Shown here piece after piece: positions 12,137-19,091 of a stretch of 32,000 bases of DNA (its first letter is position 1; each line of letters opens with the position of its first letter). This stretch comes from Acidothermus cellulolyticus 11B (GTDB taxonomy: Bacteria; Actinomycetota; Actinomycetes; Acidothermales; Acidothermaceae), in the NCBI RefSeq assembly GCF_000015025.1, contig NC_008578.1, forward strand, positions 1 to 32,000. Direction: 5' to 3'. A program made the position numbers and the translations under genes. Under the pieces are notes generated by a model. It did not search any database, was not told the DNA's origin, and saw nothing but the letters and a program-made list of their open reading frames with translations.

Positions 12137-12205
12137 ACGGACGATTCGTCGCGCCCAGCTGAATGATTGCGGCGTATGCCTGCTTCAGGCCGCCGCGCGG
12201 GCGAT

Positions 12206-12655
12206 TCAGTCCGAATCGCTCTCGTCGTGCGCCACGGAAGCCGGCTGCTCCCCTGTCCCGTTCATCCCGGCGGAGTCGTCGACGCGGGGCGGCGCCGGGT
12301 AAGGCGCCAATTGCACCGGCTTCCCCGCTTGGAGAACCCAGGCCACGGCCGCACCAATGGCACTGCCGATTCCCAGGAACACCGCCGCCATCGGCCAGCG
12401 CCGGCGCGGCGCCGGTGCAACGACCGCGCCGTCCATGCCACGGAGCGCCCGGCCTACCAGGCGAGTGCGGCGTACCGCCTCTTGGCGGATCGGTCCGGAT
12501 GCCGCCTGCGCTGTCCGAACCCACGTCGCGGCCGTGGGCAGTACGCGATCGGCAACAAATGCCCGCGCGCGGTCGAGCTGGCTGGCCACTTGTTGAGCTC
12601 CACGAGCCGAGAGCTCCCGAGCAGCGGTTCCCCGGCTCAGCACACTGACACGCAT
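12206..12655 (-). CDS. CwsA-like membrane protein (Rv0008c positional and architectural equivalent)
   Basis: Start set at the ATG at 12655, preceded by GGAGGT. 149 aa. Soluble Arg/Ala-rich N-terminal part, a single C-proximal TM (WPMAAVFLGIGSAIGAAVAWVL), and a Pro-rich acidic tail. Divergent from ppiA, as cwsA is in mycobacteria. Assigned from synteny and architecture, not from a sequence search. Confidence 0.6.
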   Translation of the reverse strand: MRVSVLSRGTAARELSARGAQQVASQLDRARAFVADRVLPTAATWVRTAQAASGPIRQEAVRRTRLVGRALRGMDGAVVAPAPRRRWPMAAVFLGIGSAIGAAVAWVLQAGKPVQLAPYPAPPRVDDSAGMNGTGEQPASVAHDESDSD

Positions 12656-12859
12656 TGCCACCTCCCTCTGGTCGTCCGGTAGCTTCCCCATTCCCCAACG
12701 ACCTACCACTAATGCCTCGCCCATCGCCGAACCTGCCGGCTCGGCGGTGGTTACGGCGTACGGCGGCGTCTAGGTTCCACGGTACGTCGGCACGCTGTTC
12801 GCCGCGTGTCAAGATGGAACGCATTCGCACTGCGGGCAAGGCCCGGTACAGAGGAGATC

Positions 12860-13405
12860 ATGGTGACAGCACTGCCGGAGGCTGTTCTGCACACCAGCCT
12901 GGGTGACATCACGGTTCGGCTCTTCGCTGACCACGCACCACATACCGTGCAGAACTTCGTGGACCTTGCCCTGGGAAACCGGGAGTGGCTGGATCCCCGA
13001 TCCGGCCGGCGCGTGCACCGTTCGCTGTACAGCGAAACGGTCTTTCACCGCGTCATTGCCGGTTTCATGATCCAAGGAGGAGATCCGCTCGGCACCGGTT
13101 ACGGCGGGCCCGGCTACACCTTTGCCGACGAGCTGCATCCGGGCCTCGTCTTCGACCGGCCGTACCTGCTCGCCATGGCGAACGCGGGACCGCACACCAA
13201 CGGATCGCAGTTCTTCATCACCGTCGCACCGGCTCAGTGGCTGAACCACAAGCACACGATTTTCGGAGAAGTGATCGCCGGTACTGAGGTCGTCGAGCGC
13301 ATCGCGCAGGTTCCCACCGACGAAGCGGATCGTCCATTGAATCCGGTCTGGCTGCATTCGGTGGCGATTTCCGAGCAGGGCGGCTCGTCAGCGGAGACGG
13401 TCTAA
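12860..13405 (+). CDS. ppiA: Peptidyl-prolyl cis-trans isomerase, cyclophilin type
   Basis: GAGGAG upstream of the ATG at 12860. Cyclophilin motifs FHRVIAGFMIQGGDP, LAMANAGPHTNGSQFFIT and HTIFGEV. Confidence 0.93.
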   Translation: MVTALPEAVLHTSLGDITVRLFADHAPHTVQNFVDLALGNREWLDPRSGRRVHRSLYSETVFHRVIAGFMIQGGDPLGTGYGGPGYTFADELHPGLVFDRPYLLAMANAGPHTNGSQFFITVAPAQWLNHKHTIFGEVIAGTEVVERIAQVPTDEADRPLNPVWLHSVAISEQGGSSAETV

Positions 13406-13408
13406 GGC

Positions 13409-14272
13409 ATGGACGGCAACGGCTACGCACCGCCGGCGTCTCCCCCGACCTGCTACCGTCACCCGGACCGCGAAACCTGGGTCCGTTGTGTCCGCTGTGA
13501 TCGCGCGATTTGTCCGGATTGCATGGTCGAGGCGTCGGTTGGCTTTCAGTGCCCGGAGTGTGTCCGCCGCGGCACCCGGTCACAGGCGATCACCCGGACG
13601 GCGCTGGGCGGACGACTCCGCCCCCAGCAGACCGCCGTCACCTACCTGCTCATCGCCATCAACGCGGTGGTGTTCCTGCTCGAGCAGGTGAGCCCGCGAT
13701 TCGAGCTCCGCTATGCCCTGATTCCCGGCGAGACCGGTTTTGCGCATCCCTACGCGGGCGTCGCGGGCGGCGAGTTCTACCGGCTCATCACGGCAATGTT
13801 CCTACATGCCAGCGTCCTGCACATCGTCTTCAACATGTGGGCGCTCCTTGTCGTGGGCGCACCACTCGAGGCGCTGCTCGGCCGGTTGCGCTTCCTCGTG
13901 CTGTACTTTCTTGCCGGGCTCGGCGGCTCGACAGCCGTCTACCTTTTCGCGCCCCGCGGATCCGCCACCCTGGGCGCATCTGGAGCGATCTTCGGGCTCT
14001 TTGCGGCGTTGTTCGTCTTCGGCCGGCGGTTGAATTTCGACATCCGGCCGATCGGCCTCGTCATCGTCATCAATTTGGCGCTCACGTTTGTCCTCTCCGG
14101 CGTCAGCTGGCAAGGCCACATCGGCGGTCTGCTCAGCGGCGGTGCTCTGGCTGCCGCGTGGTCATATGCCCCTCGCGCCTGGCGGACGCCGGCTCAACTC
14201 CTCTCGTCGATCGCACTCTTGGCGATTTTGCTGATCGCTGTTGCGATCCGGACGACGCAGCTCACCGCTTGA
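13409..14272 (+). CDS. Rhomboid-family intramembrane serine protease with N-terminal zinc-ribbon
   Basis: 287 aa, starting 3 nt after ppiA. N-terminal CxxC...CxxC...CxxC. Rhomboid motifs HxxxN (LHIVFNMW), catalytic GASGAIFG and GHIGGLLSG. Multiple TM segments. Confidence 0.9.
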   Translation: MDGNGYAPPASPPTCYRHPDRETWVRCVRCDRAICPDCMVEASVGFQCPECVRRGTRSQAITRTALGGRLRPQQTAVTYLLIAINAVVFLLEQVSPRFELRYALIPGETGFAHPYAGVAGGEFYRLITAMFLHASVLHIVFNMWALLVVGAPLEALLGRLRFLVLYFLAGLGGSTAVYLFAPRGSATLGASGAIFGLFAALFVFGRRLNFDIRPIGLVIVINLALTFVLSGVSWQGHIGGLLSGGALAAAWSYAPRAWRTPAQLLSSIALLAILLIAVAIRTTQLTA

Positions 14273-14297
14273 CGGTGCTCGTCGCCGGCTTCTCCCT

Positions 14298-14345
14298 CGC
14301 GCGATCGCGGCTGACTGGTCCCCCGCGCGATCGCGGCTGATTTTC
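14298..14345 (+). terminator. Candidate intrinsic terminator for ppiA-rhomboid
   Basis: CGCGCGATCGCGGCTGA occurs at 14298-14314 and 14324-14340. Each copy contains the perfect palindrome CGCGATCGCG, so the two copies can also pair as a long GC stem. TTTT follows at 14341-14344, 26 nt downstream of the rhomboid stop. Confidence 0.45.
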
Positions 14346-14357
14346 GCGTGCGACACG

Positions 14358-14389
14358 TTGTCCCCAATGTGGACAACCGCTGTGGAGAA
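14358..14389. promoter_or_regulatory. Cluster of three DnaA-box-like 9-mers; two of them form a 7-bp hairpin
   Basis: TTGTCCCCA (14358-14366), TGTGGACAA (14368-14376, rc TTGTCCACA, a perfect consensus match) and TGTGGAGAA (14381-14389, rc TTCTCCACA, identical to the box at 31-39). The first two form GTTGTCC-ccaatgt-GGACAAC. Confidence 0.4.
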
Positions 14390-14415
14390 TTACGTCGGTG
14401 TAGTTTCCCGACACG

Positions 14416-14673
14416 TCATCGCCACTGGGTCGCGAGACCCAGCCCGATGACCAACAGTCCAAAACCTTCGATCAGATTGCCCGCCTGACCACCGAGGACG
14501 TCCATTCCCGGGAATGTGTACTGGGTCACGTACCCGATGACCAGCCAGATCACACCGACGATCAAGCAGGCGACCATCGTGGGGGCAAGCCACGGCGGGC
14601 TGACCCGCTTCTTCGGCGAGCGGGTCGGTGGTGGGATGTAGTCCACCGTTTTGCGCACCCGAGATTTCGGCAC
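14416..14673 (-). CDS. crgA: Cell division protein CrgA
   Basis: 85 aa. GTG start preceded by GGGAGGG. N-terminal MPKSRVRK, a basic region, and two TM helices (WLAPTMVACLIVGVIWLVIGYV and GFGLLVIGLGLATQWR). Confidence 0.9.
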   Translation of the reverse strand: MPKSRVRKTVDYIPPPTRSPKKRVSPPWLAPTMVACLIVGVIWLVIGYVTQYTFPGMDVLGGQAGNLIEGFGLLVIGLGLATQWR

Positions 14674-14702
14674 GATCCAGCCCTCCCGGCGGAGACTGAT
14701 AG

Positions 14703-14718
14703 GCGAGGTTCACCTCGC
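14703..14718. promoter_or_regulatory. Palindrome GCGAGGT-tc-ACCTCGC in the crgA/DUF881 divergent region
   Basis: Perfect 7-bp arms, 30 nt upstream of the crgA start. The half-site ACCTCGCGG recurs at about 14776-14784. Confidence 0.3.
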
Positions 14719-14803
14719 GGTCATGACGGCTTCGCTCTGGCCGCTAGCGTAATCGCGGTGCTCAACGCAGCGGAAGTGACCTCGCGGAAGGGGTGAGCCG
14801 CCG

Positions 14804-15595
14804 ATGCGGCGGACGACCGGCTGGCGGGTCGGCGTACCTGTCGTTGCCGCCCTCGCGGGGCTTCTCTTCGCGACCTCCGCGACGACCGCGCACGGCGCCG
14901 ACCTACGGGTGATCGGCCGGAGTGACCTCGCGGATCTGGTCGCACGCATGCAGCGCACGGTGAACGGTGAGACCAAGAAGTTGGCCGCGCTGCAGCAGCG
15001 GGTTCGTGATCTCACTGACCAGGCTGCCCGCACGGATGGTCGCGTCGCGCAGCTTCGGACGGCTGCGGATGAGCTGGCGGGCAGTGTGGGTCTGCGACCG
15101 GAGACCGGTCCCGGTCTCATCGTGACCTTGGACGACGCTCCGCCGCTGCGCGGTGCGGCAGCGAACGCCGTCCCCCCGGACTACCTCGTCGTTCACCAGC
15201 AGGACATCCAGGCCGTGGTCAATGCGCTGTGGGCTGGCGGCGCCCGCGCAATCAGCCTGCAAGGCAAGCGCCTCGTCGCCACCAGCGCGGTGCGCTGTGT
15301 CGGCAACACCCTGCTGCTGGAGGGTGTGGTGTATTCACCCCCTTACGTGATCGCCGCTGTCGGCGACCCGGATCGACTCCGTGCGGCGTTGGATGCCGAC
15401 CCCAACGTGACGATCTATCGTCAGTACGTGGCCGCCTACCATCTGGGTTACCAGGTTCGCACCGCCCAGCACCTCACGGTTCCCGCGTACGACGGAAGCC
15501 TGACCCTCGTCCACGCCGCGGTGCTGCCGCCGCAGACCGGCGGTCAACCCCCCCGAACTCCTGCTGCTCCACTCGCCGGCGGGTCGTCGCCATGA
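14804..15595 (+). CDS. DUF881 domain membrane protein (Rv0012-type)
   Basis: 263 aa. N-terminal TM, coiled-coil-like segment, and DUF881-like core (GPGLIVTLDD, LVVHQQDIQAVVNALWAGGARAISLQGKRLV, PYVIAAVGDP). Divergent from crgA, as in other actinobacteria. Confidence 0.85.
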   Translation: MRRTTGWRVGVPVVAALAGLLFATSATTAHGADLRVIGRSDLADLVARMQRTVNGETKKLAALQQRVRDLTDQAARTDGRVAQLRTAADELAGSVGLRPETGPGLIVTLDDAPPLRGAAANAVPPDYLVVHQQDIQAVVNALWAGGARAISLQGKRLVATSAVRCVGNTLLLEGVVYSPPYVIAAVGDPDRLRAALDADPNVTIYRQYVAAYHLGYQVRTAQHLTVPAYDGSLTLVHAAVLPPQTGGQPPRTPAAPLAGGSSP

Positions 15596-16341
15596 CCCGC
15601 ACGCTGCAGAAATCACCGGTTACCACGATCCGCGGCTCGGCGCCCCGGCGGGTCCTGGGAGTGGCGGGGGAAATTCTCATCACCCTGGGCGTGGTCGTGC
15701 TTCTCTTTGTCGGCTACGACTTGTGGTTCACCGGGCTGTACACGGCATCGGCGCAGCGCGAGCTCAAGCACGAGCTTGCGATTACCTGGCAGACCGCGAC
15801 GGCGAATCCGGCTCCGCCGCCTGCCCCGTCGGCCGTGCCGAGTCCCGATGGGGTGCTCCCGGACGACGTCGTGCCGGGCAATGCGCTCGCACTCATCCGT
15901 ATTCCGCGGCTGGGCCGGCACTACGTGTACGCCATTGTCGAGGGTGTCTCGACTGCGGATCTCAAAAAGGGACCGGGTCACTACCCGGGGACCGCCATGC
16001 CCGGCCAGGTGGGAAATTTTGTCGTGTCCGGGCACCGCACGACGTACCTCGCCCCGTTCAACGGCTTGGACAAGTTGCGCCTCGGTGATCCGATCGTCAT
16101 TGAGACGGCGACAATGTGGTACGTCTACCGCGTCACTCAGATGGAAACGGTCTTGCCGACCGATGTCGCCGTCATCCTCCCGGTCCCCGATCACCCGGGT
16201 GAACGGCCGACCGAAGCCCTTATCACTCTCACGACCTGCACCCCGAAATACTCCGCGTCCCACCGGCTCGTCGTCCACGGCCGGCTCGAAACGGCTCAGC
16301 CGAAATCCGCCGGAATCCCGGCGGTGCTGCGGGAGGGATGA
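15592..16341 (+). CDS. Class E-type sortase (transpeptidase)
   Basis: ATG at 15592 overlaps the DUF881 stop (ATGA). N-terminal TM. Catalytic His region FVVSGHRTTY, Cys motif LITLTTCTP, and a downstream Arg (HRLVVHGRL). The track ORF from 15229 is an upstream extension in the same frame. Confidence 0.9.
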   Translation: MTRTLQKSPVTTIRGSAPRRVLGVAGEILITLGVVVLLFVGYDLWFTGLYTASAQRELKHELAITWQTATANPAPPPAPSAVPSPDGVLPDDVVPGNALALIRIPRLGRHYVYAIVEGVSTADLKKGPGHYPGTAMPGQVGNFVVSGHRTTYLAPFNGLDKLRLGDPIVIETATMWYVYRVTQMETVLPTDVAVILPVPDHPGERPTEALITLTTCTPKYSASHRLVVHGRLETAQPKSAGIPAVLREG

Positions 16342-16345
16342 GCTC

Positions 16346-16606
16346 ATGTACGGCTGGCTCTGGCGGAAACTGCCCGGTGGCGCGGCGGAGAAAATCCTCA
16401 GCGTGACGCTGCTGGCGGCGGCGTTTCTCGCGCTGCTCTTTTTCGTCGTCTTCCCCTGGGTGGAGCCGCGGCTGCCGTGGAACGACGTCACGATCACCTC
16501 ACCGCGGCCGCACAGTTCCTCAGCCGCTGCGTCGCCGGCAGCCTCACCGACGCCGTCCGCCGGCTTCCCGCCTGACGGCGGACCCTCGGCTGGGTCGGGA
16601 CGCTGA
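16346..16606 (+). CDS. Small membrane protein downstream of sortase (86 aa), Ser/Pro/Ala-rich tail
   Basis: ATG lies 4 nt after the sortase stop, preceded by GGGAGGGA. Contains MYGWLWRKLPGG, then one TM (LLAAAFLALLFFVVFPWV). Its stop codon lies inside the 31-bp tandem duplication. Confidence 0.55.
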   Translation: MYGWLWRKLPGGAAEKILSVTLLAAAFLALLFFVVFPWVEPRLPWNDVTITSPRPHSSSAAASPAASPTPSAGFPPDGGPSAGSGR

Positions 16607-16644
16607 CGGCCGGCCCTCGGCTGGGTCGGGACGCTGACGGCCGG
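16583..16644 (+). repeat. Perfect 31-bp tandem duplication (2 copies)
   Basis: CCCTCGGCTGGGTCGGGACGCTGACGGCCGG occurs at 16583-16613 and again at 16614-16644, read directly. A partial third copy lies upstream (CTGACGGCGGACCCTCGG from about 16572). Confidence 0.95.
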
Positions 16645-16667
16645 CCGGTGTGCACCATGCCGGCCGG
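16641..16667 (+). terminator. GC-rich hairpin CCGGCCGG-(11 nt)-CCGGCCGG, possible terminator of the sortase operon
   Basis: 8-bp self-complementary arms. No U-tract follows. Overlaps the 3' end of the tandem duplication. Confidence 0.3.
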
Positions 16668-16721
16668 TGCCGCGAGGACGACGCCGTCGTGGACGGGCGC
16701 GGTTTCTGCGACAATCAGCCC

Positions 16722-17351
16722 ATGCGCATCCTCGTGGTGGACAACTATGACAGCTTCGTGTTCAACCTCGTGCAGTATCTCGCCCAGCTGGGCGCGGAGT
16801 GCACCGTCGCGCGGAACGACGAGATCGAACCAGCCGATGCGCTTCCCTATGACGGGATTTTGCTGAGCCCTGGTCCAGGCACACCGGAGGAGGCCGGCGT
16901 CTGTATTCGGCTGATTCGGGAAATTGCGGGTCAGAAACCGATTCTCGGCGTCTGCCTTGGCCACCAGGCGATTGCGGTAGCTTTCGGCGGTGTCGTAACC
17001 CGCGCGCCGGAATTGCTGCACGGCAAGACCAGTGAGATTTGGCACGACGGGGCAGGCGTGCTCGACGGATTGCCGAATCCGTTCACCGCTACTCGGTACC
17101 ATTCCTTGGCCGTGGACGAAACCACCCTGCCGGCTGACCTGGAGGTCACCGCGCGAACCGCAAGCGGCGTCGTCATGGCTCTGCGGCACCGGAATCTGCC
17201 TGTCGAAGGGGTGCAATTCCATCCGGAGTCGGTGCTCACGGAGGGCGGACATCGGCTGCTGGCCAACTGGCTCGCTCGCTGCGGCGACCCCGATGCGATA
17301 GCGCGGGTCGCGGCGATTCGGACGCCGCTTACGCCGACCGCGCTACGGTGA
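16722..17351 (+). CDS. trpG: Glutamine amidotransferase component of anthranilate/aminodeoxychorismate synthase (TrpG/PabA, Rv0013-type)
   Basis: 209 aa from the ATG at 16722 (MRILVVDNYDSFVFNLVQYL). Class I GATase triad region GVCLGHQ and QFHPES. Its 3' end overlaps the convergent pknB by 9 nt. Confidence 0.9.
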   Translation: MRILVVDNYDSFVFNLVQYLAQLGAECTVARNDEIEPADALPYDGILLSPGPGTPEEAGVCIRLIREIAGQKPILGVCLGHQAIAVAFGGVVTRAPELLHGKTSEIWHDGAGVLDGLPNPFTATRYHSLAVDETTLPADLEVTARTASGVVMALRHRNLPVEGVQFHPESVLTEGGHRLLANWLARCGDPDAIARVAAIRTPLTPTALR

Positions 17352-19091
17352 GCTGCTCGCCGACGGCGACGGCGCTGGACTCGACGGCGACCCGCTCGGT
17401 GACGGTGAGGCGGAGGCCGACGACGACGGCGACGCCGACGGCGTACCGGACGACACGTAGAGCGTCACGGTGGACCCAAGCGGTGCGGTGCGTCCAGGTC
17501 CCGGCACTTGGTTGATGACGAATCCCTGTTGGACGTCGTTGCTTGGTTCTTCGACGACGTTGTAGGCATAGCCGGCGCTGGTCAGTTCTTGTTCGGCGTC
17601 GCTGGTCGGCAGGCCTCGGACATCGGGAACGGTGCCGGTTCCGCTGGCGACGACAAGGTCGACGCGCGAGCCGGCGGCGGCTGGGGAGCCGGGTTTCGGA
17701 TTCTGATCGAGCACCGTGCCGGCCGGTTGCTGCGAATCGCGCTGCGTCACATTCCCCACGGTGAGACCGAGCGCCCGAAGGGCAGCCCGGGCGTCCTCCA
17801 ACGATTTGTTGGTCAGGTCAGGTACGGTCACCGTCTTTGGCCCAGCGGACACCGTGATTGTGACGACCGAGTTCTTCGGCAGCCGTGTCCCCGCGGTCGG
17901 GTTTTGATCGAAGACGATCCCCTGCGGCACCGAAGCGTTCGGCTGCGTCTCGACCTTGACCTTGAACCCGTCGCTGGTCAATGTCTGCTCGGCTTGCGAT
18001 TGGGTCATGTTTATCACGTTGGGTACCGGAAGCGTCGGCGTGGCGTGTGAACCGGTGATCAGTTGGCGGGCGAGTAGACCGAGTGCTACTAGGAGGGCGA
18101 GGACGGCGACCGCGAGCAGGGTGTAGATGAGACCGCGCCGGGTCCGGGGCTGAGCAGGGCGGATCTCCTCCGTGACAGCGGACAACCGCTCCGTCGGGTC
18201 GAGGAGCAGCGGTGTTGCTTGGACGGGTTTACCCAGCAGCGCCCGCTCGATGTCCGCTCGCATCTCCGCAGCACTCTGGTACCGGTTCGCGGGGTTCTTC
18301 GCCAAGGCCTTCATGACGATCGCGTCAATGTCCGGTGTGACGTCGGGATTAAGTCGTGACGGAGGCACCGGATCTTCCCGGACGTGCTGGTAAGCGACCG
18401 CTACCGCGGATTCCCCGGTGAACGGCGGGGTACCGGTGAGGAGTTCGTAGAGAACGCAGCCGGTCGAGTAAATGTCGCTGCGGGGGTCCACCGGCTCGCC
18501 GCGGGCTTGTTCGGGCGAGAGGTACTGCGCGGTTCCGATGACGGCGGCGGTCTGGGTCACAGTCGCCGTGGATTGAGCGACGGCGCGGGCGATGCCGAAA
18601 TCCATCACCTTGACCTCGCCGTTGTGGGTCAGCATGATGTTGCCGGGCTTGATGTCCCGATGCACGATGCCGTTGCGGTGGCTGTATTCGAGTGCGGCAA
18701 GAATGTCGGCGACGATTTCCAGTGCGCGGCGGGGAAGAATGTGCGACTCGCTTTTCAGGATGTCCCGCAGCGTCCGCCCCTCGACGTACTCCATCACGAT
18801 ATAGGGCACCGGGACGCCGTCCAGCATGCTCTCACCGGTGTCGTAAACAGCAACAATCGACGGGTGATTGAGCGCGGCGGCTGCTTGCGCTTCCCGGCGG
18901 AAACGTGTCTGAAATGACGTGTCGCGGGCGAGGTCGACACGGAGCGTCTTGATGGCAACGTCGCGGCCCAAGCGGAGATCACGGCCCCGGCGTACCTCAG
19001 CCATCCCGCCGTAGCCGAGGATTTCGCCGAGTTCATATCGGTCGGCGAGGATGCGCCGCGGCTGGTTTGTCAGCGAGTCGTTGCTCGTCAC
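17343..19091 (-). CDS. pknB: Ser/Thr protein kinase PknB with three PASTA domains
   Basis: GTG at 19091 overlaps the pbpA stop (GTGA). Hanks kinase motifs GYGGMAEV, VAIK, HRDIKPGN, DFGIA and SPEQ. One TM, three PASTA repeats, and a Ser/Pro-rich tail. The track ORF extends upstream to 19241. Confidence 0.95.
   Translation of the reverse strand: MTSNDSLTNQPRRILADRYELGEILGYGGMAEVRRGRDLRLGRDVAIKTLRVDLARDTSFQTRFRREAQAAAALNHPSIVAVYDTGESMLDGVPVPYIVMEYVEGRTLRDILKSESHILPRRALEIVADILAALEYSHRNGIVHRDIKPGNIMLTHNGEVKVMDFGIARAVAQSTATVTQTAAVIGTAQYLSPEQARGEPVDPRSDIYSTGCVLYELLTGTPPFTGESAVAVAYQHVREDPVPPSRLNPDVTPDIDAIVMKALAKNPANRYQSAAEMRADIERALLGKPVQATPLLLDPTERLSAVTEEIRPAQPRTRRGLIYTLLAVAVLALLVALGLLARQLITGSHATPTLPVPNVINMTQSQAEQTLTSDGFKVKVETQPNASVPQGIVFDQNPTAGTRLPKNSVVTITVSAGPKTVTVPDLTNKSLEDARAALRALGLTVGNVTQRDSQQPAGTVLDQNPKPGSPAAAGSRVDLVVASGTGTVPDVRGLPTSDAEQELTSAGYAYNVVEEPSNDVQQGFVINQVPGPGRTAPLGSTVTLYVSSGTPSASPSSSASASPSPSGSPSSPAPSPSASSSP

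Noticed and set aside
11907-12839. 310-aa minus-strand ORF spanning the right repeat copy and the CwsA-like gene in another frame
   Set aside because: The translation is rich in Arg, Gly, Pro and Ala and has no domain features. It overlaps a better-supported ORF that has a GGAGGT ribosome-binding site and a clear TM architecture.
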